Positions 13,301 through 26,300 of a DNA stretch of 64,000 nt are shown here, piece after piece. Numbering within the stretch: the first letter of the stretch is position 1; each line of letters begins with the position of its first letter. Origin of the DNA: Octopus sinensis (taxonomy: Eukaryota); contig NC_043007.1 in assembly GCF_006345805.1 (NCBI RefSeq), positions 67,084,001 to 67,148,000 on the forward strand, written 5' to 3'. Under the pieces are notes generated by a model. The model did no database searches. It was not told the origin of the DNA and saw nothing but the letters and a program-made list of their open reading frames with translations. Made by a program: the position numbers and the translations under genes.

Positions 13301-16300
13301 CCCTAGCATCATCCACATGCAATTAAGACACCTTATGCTAAACCAGCACTGGCTCCAGTTACAGAGAGCTCAGAAAAACTCTCCAAATTTGATTAAAGGA
13401 TCATACTAAACTTATTACTTTCAACAGCACAAAGACACAAGAACTATACCAAAGAAAAAAACTTAGTAATATACCATTCCACTCCCAAACATGAACAGCA
13501 CACAACAAAAACCCTCAAAGCTGCAACAAGTGTTAGACCTAATCATTACTGAGGATCTCTCTTGCTGGGCATAATAAAGGCTTCATCACTGAGACTTCAT
13601 CCCATATCAGCTATTAACCCTCTACAAAACTCAATAGACACTCACAATAGAATATTGATTTTTTGCTCCAGGAAATTTAATTTGAACACAAACAATTGCA
13701 GTGTGGAAGGTGTTTGTAAGCCATTTAAAAAACACACAAAAGCCGTTCGATTCACTTCAATATTTAAGTTTAATTTGTCAAAATATATATTCGTGCTCGG
13801 ATTTTTGTCAGTGAACAGGTCGTGGTCTTAAAGTGACGAAAATATTTTGACAAATTAAACTTAAATGTTGAAGTGAATCGAATGGCTTTTGTGTGTTTCT
13901 TAAATGGCTTACAAACACCTTCTACGCTGCAATTGTTTTTATATCAGCACACGATCTCAGATCAAATCACTTGCTATGCAAGTACATCACCATAAATCTA
14001 ATTTGAATTTGAAGTAAAACCTAAGTGTAGAACTACTAAACATAATTGCCAAAAATGCAGCTCAGAAAATCCAAAGACTCAGTTTTCAATTATGTGACAA
14101 TGTCAATAATTTTTAGTGCTTAAGTCACAAAAGTGCTAAAGTGCAATATGACAGCCTGCTACATTTGAAATGCATATCTAAAGTGGCTGAGAACCATATA
14201 CCATTAGACAAATATGGTAAAAATACCATAACCTTTCTTCAAGTATTATTATTAGTGGTGATGATGATAATTAGTTCTGAAGCCTTAGGCAAACAGAATA
14301 ACACTGTTTAGTAATCTCTAAAATATTATCTCTTCTCACCCACCCACTGACTGCATTCACAATAACAGCAACAATAACAAAAAAACTCCATCACCTTCTC
14401 TCCCAAGACAGCAGGCCCATCTGATCAAGTAGTGACCGGGAGATTTGAAATGGGGACACAGGATCTTTAATTTCAGTAGTCATCTGAGGATTAGCTACCA
14501 TACTGTAAAACGAAAACAAAAAAAAAAAAAGAAGAAAAGAAAAAGATTAATCATTTGTTTCACATTACGTACAGCTACAATAAAACTGAAAATACAGTTG
14601 AGATAAGTATAAAAAAAAGTAAAGGATGTCAGCATATGAAGAAAGTAGAAGTTAATATATGAAAAATAAAAATGGGAGGGCATATCAGCACATGAACAAT
14701 GGAGTTTGTCATGGTAGGGAGATATTAGCATATGGACAATGAAGATGAAAGGATATCAACACATGGACAATGGAAATGAGAGGGGATATCAGCATATAGA
14801 TAACAGAGATGGGAGGTAGGGTATCAATGCAATAATAATGAACATGAATTCTTTCCAAAAGAAAGATTTATCCAACCCTTTGCAGCCCTTTAAAGCTAAA
14901 GAGGCATTTCTGTTTACTGTCAGTGGTTCCTTGACATGGAGTAAACAGTTCAAATACTGTTTCATCCACGGTCAATTTCAATATCTAATGTGAGCCCTAT
15001 CATCTTAGGATAGTGGTCATGGTTTGGGGATCTAACATATAAGGTATTAAGTGGGTAGAAGTACCAAATTTTCCAGTGTTGGAATTACCTTCTGTAGCAT
15101 CAGGTGATCCACATTACTGAATAATACTATGGAGTACAGATCACAGAAGATGAGGTGTAAAGCTAGAGATGACAGCAGAACAAGAGGGGAAAAAAATAAG
15201 AATCATTTATTTACCATAACCAATCAACAAAATTAGTTCTTTTTGCTTTATATTTTACTAACAAGAAAGATGGATGTGTTTTGCCTGTCAAAAACACACA
15301 CATATGGATAGGATGGGATGGGGGGGGCTACATCTTGAGAAAGATAGGCAAAGATAAAACCAGTACAAATTATTACATGGACCTGAAAAAGTTGGATAAT
15401 GTTAGTATAATGTAAATAAACAAGGCCGAGATAAAAGATTGTCAGAGAGTAGTAGTTCTTGTATAAAGACTTTTCATATAATGATTGGTGTTTTTGGGAA
15501 GAACATGAACCATGAGTGAAAAAGAAAGAGGGTGGGGACAAAGTTAATTTAAACTAGGATGGGATGTTTGTAACAAAAACTGAAAAAGCAAAGTTTGTTC
15601 TTGTGACACTAAAAAGAAATCAAGTAGAGTCAACAAATTAAAGGTCAATTGAAACTTAGCTCACTAAGTTTTTGTACTGCTTAAGATCTCCATACACTCA
15701 GCCCAAGTTTGTACTGTAGTACCACTACAAAAGGCAGCAGCAATTGTATGCTCCTTCAGTGTTGGCCTGCAGCTCAAATCCTGACAGACCATTGTTTCTT
15801 TTGAGAGGTGACTGCCAAAGAAGCCAAAACATTACACCATGTCCACAGCCAAGACACATAACTCCCTATAACCAAATACCCCTAACTCCAAGTGCATACT
15901 GTGGGTTGGCAAACTTCACCACCATTAGCAGCAGCTACACTTTAAAAGTAACACAAGGAAAGAAATTATAATTTGTGACACAGAATGGTGTCCACCTACT
16001 AACACAGAAACCCTCCTTGTAAATTCCAAAAGTTCATAAATGGAATGATGGCTGAGTTAAAATGATAATGTTCCCAGGCTTTGTGGAAAATGAAGTGTAG
16101 AAAGCAATAATAGAATTAGGTTCAAAGTATAGTTAGAAAGTTTATGGTTGGTAGGAATAATACCGTTCTCCCTTGCATCAAAAACAACCCAGAGATACCT
16201 TTACCAATACCAACACCAATAGGCAAAATGCTCCAATATGCTACCACCAACACCAATACCATCACCAGCAGTAGTTAATAAATATTGCTGGAGGACAGAG

Positions 16301-19300
16301 AAGAACTTTAACACACTTTAATAAACTGATACTTAGAGCAACAATTCTGTGGTTTGGCACACAAGGCCATAGTTTTGTAGCTATAAAGTTACTGGATGGA
16401 GACTAGTACCATATCTAGTGCAATCTAGTACATATTTTATGAACTGTAGAGGTGAAGGAAATCATCACAAGATTTACAATCAGAATGCAGAGAGAGAGAG
16501 ACAGGGGTTGATAATGATATTGCACGCACTCATTCACACAGCTACCAGCTCCAAACCTAACAAGGATAGAAGCATATAAACAGCTCAGAAACAGCAAGCC
16601 TGATATATATTACACAATAGAAATAATGTAATAATAATAAAAGTAGTAGTAATGATAAACTTTACTACACCAAATGTCTAAAATGTGCTAGAGAAGCAAG
16701 TTCAGAAGCTAAGAAATAATGTCAATTTAGATTTAAAACTGGAATATAATTATCAAGTAAGAAACACAGTCCAATATTCTGATTGTAAATTGTTACAACG
16801 ATATACAATAGCTATTGTGAAGATATGAACAGGTTATTATTAAGTATTAAAGAAAGGAGAGCTCCAAAAATTTGTAATGTTAGGGCATGTGTTAATGCTG
16901 TAAGATGGTTCTTTCAAAACACCTCTTAGCCATTGCTACTTCTATATGTATTTTCCAAGACATGCTTAACTTTTGTATAGTATTATTGATATCAGTAAAA
17001 TACTGAAGCACTTCTATCAACCCCAAAAGGATAAAAGGCAAAGCTGACCTCAGAGGAATTTCAACTCAAAAAGTAAAGATGAACTAATTATCAGCGAGCA
17101 TTTTGTCTGGTGTGTGCTAGTGATTCTGCCAGCTCACCATCTTAATAACAATAATGTTTTTAAATTTTGCAACAAGGCCAGCAGTTTTAGGTGTTAGGGT
17201 AGTCAATTACATTGATCCCAGTGTTCAACTGATAATTATTTCACCAACCCCAAAAGGATGATGGGCCAAGTCAACCTTGGCAGCATTTGAACTCAGAACA
17301 TAAAGACAAATTACTTAGTGGCATTTTGTCCAGTGTGCTAATGAGTCTATCAGTTTACCATGGTAGTAGTAGTAATAATCCTTTCTACTATAGGCACAAG
17401 GCTTGACATTTTGGGGAAGAGAGCTAGTCAATTACATTGACCCCAGTGCTTAACTGGTACTTTTCACCAACCATGAAAGGATGAAAGGCAAAGTCAACCT
17501 TGGCAGAATTTGAACTCAGAACTTAAAGACCGACAAAATGTTTAGCAGCATTTGTCCAGCATGCTAACAATTCTGCCAGCTTGCTGTCTTAATAATAATA
17601 CTAACAACAACAATAATAATAATAATAATAATAATGATAATAATAACAACCACAACAACAATAATAATAATAATAATAATGATAATAATAACAACCACAA
17701 CAATAATAATAATTTCTGACTTAGGTTGAAAAGAGGGGCTTAATCGATTAATTGATATGACAGACCCCAGTACTTGACTGGTACATTATTTTATCAGCCC
17801 TGGGGGGATGAAAAGCAAAGCTGATCCAGACAACTTAGAGAACTGGAATAAACACAACAAAACATCTTTTCCAAAGCTCTAACAATTCTACAGGCTCAAT
17901 TTGAAATTTTGAGGAAGCAAGGAATTGGTCAATGCAATAAAGCCCAATCAGTACTTGACCAGTACTTTATTTTATCGACTGCAAAGGGATAAAATGCAAC
18001 ATTGATCTTGGTAGGATTTTGAACTCAAAGTGAAAAAAAAGCCAGGAAAAATTGCTTTGCAGCATTTGTTTCAAGTTTTTATGCACTGGGTTTTCAGCTT
18101 AATCCACCAATAATAATCATTGTAGTTTAACTGACTGGTGTAAAATGGATCTTCTTTGAAAAAGTGCTGTGTGATCTACCTAATGTATGACCTACATATA
18201 CAGATATACTGTTAGTCATAGCTGATAAAAAATTTTAAATAGAGAAATTAATACAAGAAATGATATTCCTTAAAATTCAAGTCATACACCAAACAATGAT
18301 GTATTTTTTATTCTTCAAGGAAAAAAAAGTTAAAATATACACATTATAAAAGTAAATATACAAAGATTTCAAGAGAACAAAACTGTAAAAAAGAAACAAA
18401 AAGCAGCCCCAGAAACAATAGCAAGGAGAAAGAAAATAAAAATAATCTAAATACAAGAGAAGTAAAACAGGACATTGGTAAATTTAAAAAAATAGAGTTA
18501 TCCACACACACACACAGGGTGCGGTGAGTATATTGTCGTCTAAATTACGCAAAAATGAAAATAACACTGACATCTCATTTTAAAAGACATATTTACCAAA
18601 ATTACATAAAATATCATGGAATACTAATGAGTAAATCTTCAATAAAATTGCCACTGGCTTCAACCATGGCCTCTAGATGACTTTGAAATCTCCTGCAACT
18701 CTTCTGGACAGTCTCCTTGTTTAAGTTGGTGAATGCTGCCATAATCCTTGCCTTCAGTTCATTTTTGGTGTTACCAGGAGTTTTGTTGGTCTCTCGTTCA
18801 ACTGCATCCCACACATAATAATCAAGGGGGTTGCAGTCTGGGGAGTTAGGTAGTCAGATGTTAGGGGTGATGTGGTCGCAGAAATTGTCTGACAGCCATG
18901 ACTGGGTTCTCCTGCTGGTGTGGCATGGTGCAGAGTCCTGTTGCCAGACAGGGTCTTCCAGCAGCCATCCTCTTGACTCAGGGCAGCACTACCTCCTCCA
19001 GGAGGTTGAGTCTGAAGCTGTGTGGGAAGATAAAAGGAGGCATAACATCACCATCACTAGTGATCACTCCAAACACTATGATGTTGACTGGATGTTTGAT
19101 TTTTATCACTCTCGGTACATGTTTTGGGGACATGGCACACCAACGGTTGTTCTGTGTGTTCATCATCTGTGTTTGTACTAGAGCTTCCAGTGTGAATGCC
19201 AAACAGCACAGCATGTTGTTTCCAAATTTCTAGCAGAGTGAATTGCATCACGGTACTGTTTGTCTCACAGACGGTGCCCAACTGACCATACTGTGTCGTT

Positions 19301-19390
19301 GACAAAATCAAAAACAGTGCACGTGCACGAAATTAAAAATATGAAATAGCGACAATTTAGCCATCGCATCCTTTATATATACACATATAA

Positions 19391-19423
<33 letters not shown>

Positions 19424-20258
19424 CATGTATAAAAATGCATACACACATCTTTTAGTAGTTTCAGTCATTAGATTGTGGTCATACTGGAGTACTGCCTTGA
19501 ATTTTTTAGTCAAATGAATCAACCCTAATACTTACTTTTTAAAGCCTAGTACTTATTCTATTGGTCTCTGTTGCCAAGCTGCTAAGTTACAGGGATGTAA
19601 ACACACCAACACCAGTTGTTAAGTGGTGATGGGAGAAAAAAACAGACAAAGGCACGCACACACACACACACAGATTATATCATCATCATTTAACATCCGC
19701 TTTCCATGGACAGGCTTCTTTCAGTTTCCATCTACCAAATCCACTCACAATACATATATACACACACAAACACATGAACATACATACACACACGTGTACC
19801 TACATGTTAACACATACATCTGTATACTTGCATGTTTGTGTATATGTATATACATATATATATATATAGGTGTAGATGTACTGTGTTGTAAAAACGTTTG
19901 CATCACAACTACATGGTTTCAAGTTCAGTTCCACTGCATGGTACCTTGGGCAAGTGTCTTGTACTGTAAACTCCTAGCTAACCAAAGCCTTCTGAGTAGA
20001 TTTTAGTAGACAGAAAAGGCCCAGTGTGTGTATGTATATACACACACATATATTTATATATATATATATACACAAACACATGTGAGAGTGTGTATTTTAT
20101 GTATACATATACACTAACATACACACAGTCATATTTATATATCTTTTATCCTTTACTTGCTTCAGTCAGACTGTGGCCATGCTGGAACACCACCTTGAAG
20201 AATTTTAGTTAAATGAAGCAGCCTCAGTACTTATTTTACTATATATATATATATACAC

Positions 20259-20289
<31 letters not shown>

Positions 20290-20291
20290 TT

Positions 20292-20331
<40 letters not shown>

Positions 20332-23300
20332 TTTACATATATACACACACACAAACACTATATACATCCACACACATGTATACATATATGTCCAGACATA
20401 AATATACACACACGTGTATGTAAGCAAGAATAATTATATTCATTGGCACACCACATAGGCATAAATTTCAAAATATACATAGAAATACAATGACTAAGGA
20501 AACAAAGAAGGATAGGAAGATATATGGACAAAAACAAAATAAAATATAAGGAATCCAAGAGGAATTTTTGTAATAGAGACTTGAAATATTAGCACAAAAA
20601 CTATAAAAAAAAAATCACTGTTTTACAAAACTGACAAAACCATCATAGCAGAACAAGAGGAGTAGAAAAATCAAATAAAATCAATATACATATATGTACA
20701 CACACACACTTATATACATACATGTATGTATATAATGCTTTCACGGCTTCATTTTGAAGATAGTGTGGTTGGATGAGGTGGACAAGTAGCAAAAGAAAAT
20801 AATAATAATTATAATAATAATGCAAAAGTGTAAAAAAAAATTTTAAATATTTCTACAAAGTGCAAAGAAGGAAAAATATAATAAGGAAGGATGGTGGTTA
20901 TGTTACGTGTGACACAGGCAAAAGGACCCAGAAATTAAGTGTGGCCTTAAAACAATGAAACACTTACGGTCTCTCCTCGGTTCGTCTGTACACAACAAAT
21001 GAAGTAAATCAGGCATTGCTTTATTTACAATTGAATTACATGTAACATAATAACAATAACGATTATAATAATGATAATGATGATGATGATGATGACGATG
21101 ATTTCAAATTTTGGCACAAGGCCAGCATGTTCCAGGCTGGAGATAAGTCGATTACATCGACCCCAGCATTCAACAGGTACTCATTTTATCAACTTTGGAA
21201 GGATGAAAGGCAAAGTTGACCTCAGCAGACTGAACTCAGAATGTAGCATTTTGCCCAGTGTGCTAACGATTCTGCCAATAATAATAATAATAATAATCCT
21301 TTCTAGTATAGGTACAAGGCCTGAAATTTTGGAGGAGGGGTTAAGTCAATTACATTGACTGCAGTACTCAACTAATTAATTTTTTATCGACCCTGAAAGG
21401 ATGAAAGGCAAAGTCAACCTCGGCAGAATTTGAACTCAAAATGTAAGGACTGACAAATGCTGTAAGCATTTTGCCCAGCATGCTAATGATTCTGCCAGTT
21501 CACCACCTTCAGTCATAGGCACAAGGCCTGAAATTTCGGGGGAGGGGGCCTAGTCAATTACAATGAACCCAGTGCTAGGCTGGTACTTATTTTATTGACC
21601 CCAAAAGGATTTAACTCTTTAGCATTCAGATTTCTTTGTCCAATTCATTGCATATCTATTAGTATTGTTTTGAATTAATCAGGTATTATCTTGTATCTTG
21701 TGACTAAATATTTTTATAATGACATTGTAGAGTAAGTGTGAGAGGTTGAATCTGGTCAGTTTTAACTTAAAACACGTAGAATATTTTGGCCAGATATGGC
21801 CAGTTTAAAATGCTAGAGGCTTAAGGCAAAATTGACCTCAGTGAGATTTGAACTCAGTATGTAAAGATGGACAAAATGCCATTAAGCATTTTTGTCTGGT
21901 GTACTAACAATTCTGCCAGCTCACCACCCTTAATAATAATCTGTTCAACTATACTCACAAGACCTGAAATGTTGATGTGGAGGAGGCTTGTCAATTACAG
22001 TGAGCCCAGTGCTAGGCTGGTACTTGTCAATTACATCGACCCCAAGACTTGACTGGTGCTTATTTCATTGACCCCCAAAAGGATGAAAAGCAAAATCAAT
22101 CACAGCAGAATTTTCAGCTCAGAACATAAAGCCAGATGAAAAGCCAAGCATTTTGTTTGGCATGCTAACAATTCTGCCAGCTCATCACTTTGTATTATAA
22201 AGATAATAATAACCATAGCTTCAAATTTTGGTAAAAGGCCAACAATTTAAAAGGAGCAGGCAAGTCAACTACATCAACCCCAGTGCTGAACTGCTACTTA
22301 TTTCATGAAAGACAAATCCAACCATTGCAGAATTTGAACTCAGAACACGGAGACAGGTGAAACGCTGCAAAGCATTTTGTCTGGCATGTTGACAATTCTG
22401 TCAGCTTACCACCTAATCCTTTTTTATTAAAGGCACAAGGCCTGAAATTTTGGGGGAGGGACCAGTCAATTACATTAACCCCTCAACCCCAGTGTTTCAC
22501 TAGTACTTAATTTTTCAACTCCAAAAGGATGAAAGGCAGTGTTGACCTCAGTGGAATTTGAACTTGAAACGTAAAGACTAATGAAATACCATTAAGCATT
22601 TTACCCAGCATGCTAACAATTCTGCCAGCTCACAGTCTTAATAATAATAATAATAATAATATTATCATCATTATTATTATTATTACATTTATGTATTTGT
22701 TTTGCAAGATTCCTGATGTGAAATTGTGTGTTGAAACAGATACTGTTATACTTAAGAATGGTCATCTTTTGCCAATCAATTGGCAAAGGACAACCATCCC
22801 CAAGTATAACAATAATACTAATAATGGTTTCCCATAAAGTTACAAAACCTGAAATTTTGAGGGATGGGGACAGTCAGTCAAACTGATCCCAATACTTCAG
22901 TGGTGCATTATTTCATAGACCCCTGAGGGATGAAAAGTTAAAGTTGACCTCAGAGGGATTAGGACTCAGAGCATCAGACAGAACACCTTGTGGGATCTGT
23001 TCTGGCACTTAATGCTCTAACAATTCTGCCAATCCACCACCAAATAATAATGGTTTCTGACAGACACAGGGCTTGCAGTTTTGAGGAGAGGGAGTTAGTT
23101 GATACCTTCAATTCCAGTACTTGAATAGTACCTCATTTCATCAACCTCAAATGTATGAAAGGCAAAATTGACTTTGGGGAGATTTGAAATCAAAATAAGG
23201 CACAAGGCCATAAATTCAAGGAAAGCAAACAAGTGATAAAACTGACTCCAGTACCTGATTGGTCTTTTTGCTTTTTTTAATTGATCCCAAAAAGGATGAA

Positions 23301-26300
23301 AGGCAAATTTAACCATGGAAAATTTCACACAGTTTTAGAGAAGGAACGTAGGTGGGTCAGTCAACCTCAGTAATTTGTTTTAAAATTTTTTCCCAAGGAC
23401 ATCAATATCAATAAGGGTCATAGTCACAATAGTCATTTCAGACATTTGACTGGCACAAGGCCAACTTTTGACAACATGCAACTACTTACAGCTGCTCATG
23501 ATAATGAAACAGATTTCTTACATGGAGCCACAGAGGCTTCATGTTGATAAGAGAGAAATATCAAGACTCCAGCTGCATATTTCATAATCAAAAACTCTGG
23601 GGCATTTTATTACAGCTCGACAGGTGACCCCTCTAGCCCTACTTTGTAAAAAGAAGTTGTGGAGTACCAATTTTTCAGCAATAATGATTGAGGCAATAGT
23701 AATTTTTAAGACCATTTACTTTAACCAAAACACTTTAAATTAATTTTTAGTTTACTTAAGAAATAATTATCAATTACAATATTCAATATCCAATTCTCAA
23801 TACAAAAGTTGGTAAGATACTATTGTAGATTTGTACATTATTTAAAGCAAAAAGTTTTTTACATCAAGATGCCCTTCCTATAGTTAACTATTCAATTATA
23901 AAGTCAAAATGGTACCTGTTAGCAGCTAATGAGTTTGAGACAAGGCAGAGCAAACATGAAATTTAATTATATAAAATTTGACTGGATATTTATATAAAAA
24001 AGCAGGCACAGCTGTGTGGTTAAGAAGTTTGCTTCCCAACCACATGGTTCCAGGTTCAGTCCCACTGTGTGAAATCTTGGGCAAGTATCTTCTATGTTAA
24101 CTCCAGGCCAACCAAAGCCTTGTAAACGGATTGGTAGACAGAAACTTAAAGAAGCCTTCACTAACTCATTCACTAATGGGGAGGTTAGGTTTCATTGTCT
24201 TGGCAGACATTTGCACAAATTGTTGGAGAATAAGCATCACTATCATACAAAGGGTGTCCTTTGTTTCCAATTTTCTGTGAAAACATGCCCAGTTATGGGG
24301 AAACAATACCTTATTTGGAAACAGAGAAGGGTTGGTAACAGGAAGGGCATCCAATTGTAAAAAGAAGTCTGCCTCAATGAATTATATCTTTCCCATACAA
24401 GCATGGAAAAATGGACATTAAAACAATGCTGGTGATAATAATGATACTAATATAAAATATTTCTGCAATTTTACCTTATCAGAGTAGTTACCCTTCCTAA
24501 GTCTAAACACATCATCTTTATAGTGAAAGTGGCTCTTTTAAATCAACAAAGTCAACAGAAGTTTGCTTAACACTTGATACCAAACCACCTAAGACACTTT
24601 TCTAGTTCTATAATACAAATATGTTTTAAAGATTATATTATTATAATAGAACATTTTGCCAAGTTATGCTCAAATGTCAATTCAATAATGAAAATGTTTA
24701 TCATTCCACTAAATGCCTCAAAATTCCTATTTGGAAAAATAATAGAAATAGGCAGAGTACTTCCTTAGAAGATATAGTCATAGGAGAATTATGGACATAA
24801 CAATGTCCATGGCAGGTTTTGAATTCAAAATTTGTTGGCTCAATTAACCATAACCACAGCTGACCACAACCATGGCCACTCAATCACTATGACAGCAACA
24901 AAAATTGTCAATTTAAATTTTAAAACAAAATGCCATCTTCTGTGGTTTTAAATTTGTCATTTTCAAGACATCATTTGAACAAGGTGACAAAATTTAAAGT
25001 ATAACAAGGCAGTCCACTAAAGAGAACATCCAGTCCTCAAACATAGGTGAAGACAATCAATTTCAAGAAATGGCTTTAACAAACGTCCAGTAATAGAAGC
25101 TGGTAAAAAAATGTAATAAAATCTCTTAAACTATAAAGATATACCCTCTCTATCAGCAAGTCCAGACAAACAGCATTTAGATGTGGTCCACTTGGGACCT
25201 GTAGTTAATACTAAGAAAAGTAATCAAATGTGAAATTCAAAGCAAACTAACTTAACAGAAATTACTAGATAAACCAAGAAAGTTGCATGAGGTATTGCTT
25301 ACCGTGGATCAGATTTGTGCTGGTAGTAATAATCTAGTTCTGCCTCTTTTTGTTGCAGGACTAGGTTTGTCATCATTTCCTCAGCTTGAGTGCTCAACTT
25401 CTCAGGAATTGGTGCTGCTATGTTAAGAGGTACTCCAGGCATTAGTAGGCACTCAGGACTTGCATAACCAATATACCGGAGCAGCTATAAAGATATCACA
25501 ATCATACAATAGATTTGTGCAGCTGTAGAGATATCATAATGCTTCAGCATAAAAGATACCACAATTTCACAACAATATACAAGAGCTTCTACAAAAATTT
25601 ACACCAAGTTAATGTCTGCTATACCAGAATAGCTGTAACGATGTCGAAATAAAACAACAAATATTGAAAACTAAAATACATTTTATCATCCCTACCGATC
25701 AGTATTTTACAGCTCATATTAGAAGTTTGGCATTAGATAATTAATGGACTTCAGGCCTAGTTTGATTCCAGAAAGCCTTGAAAATATTAAGTATCAAAAT
25801 AACTATAAAATCCATCTTTGCTGTCAACAGTTTTTTCCTACATTGACAGACACAATTTTTTGGCTTTTGTAATCTTTTCATTTTCACAGAGGGCCAGTTT
25901 AAGTTTTGCAAAGTTTATCTCACTTGTGTCTTAACCTTTGTGACACAATGCAACAATAGTGATGTAATATGAACCACCAACTTTTATTTTGTTATCCATG
26001 TCTCTTTTTAATTGCTATAGACTTAAATTTCTTTCGTAGAGACACAATGACTGCAAAGTTCAAATGATACTTAACTACTGTTTACAGAATGATGAGTCGA
26101 GACTTTTATAAAAACAGAAGAGCCTTCAGACAAGGACCACTTTTAGGCAGCTTGCCTTCCTTCAGCAAGTCTATATATTATTACCAATCCAGAAACAAAG
26201 TGATCAGTAGCTGATCACTTAAAAGAAAATTTAAGTATGTGCAAACCACTCCATGGATACTAACACAAGAAAACAATGTAAAAATACTATATACAAGCAA

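Noticed and set aside
15089-15116. AG...GTAATT pseudo-exon (NVDHLMLQK)
   Set aside because: 28 nt, so not frame-preserving between phase-2 junctions; longer acceptor options are also phase-incompatible.
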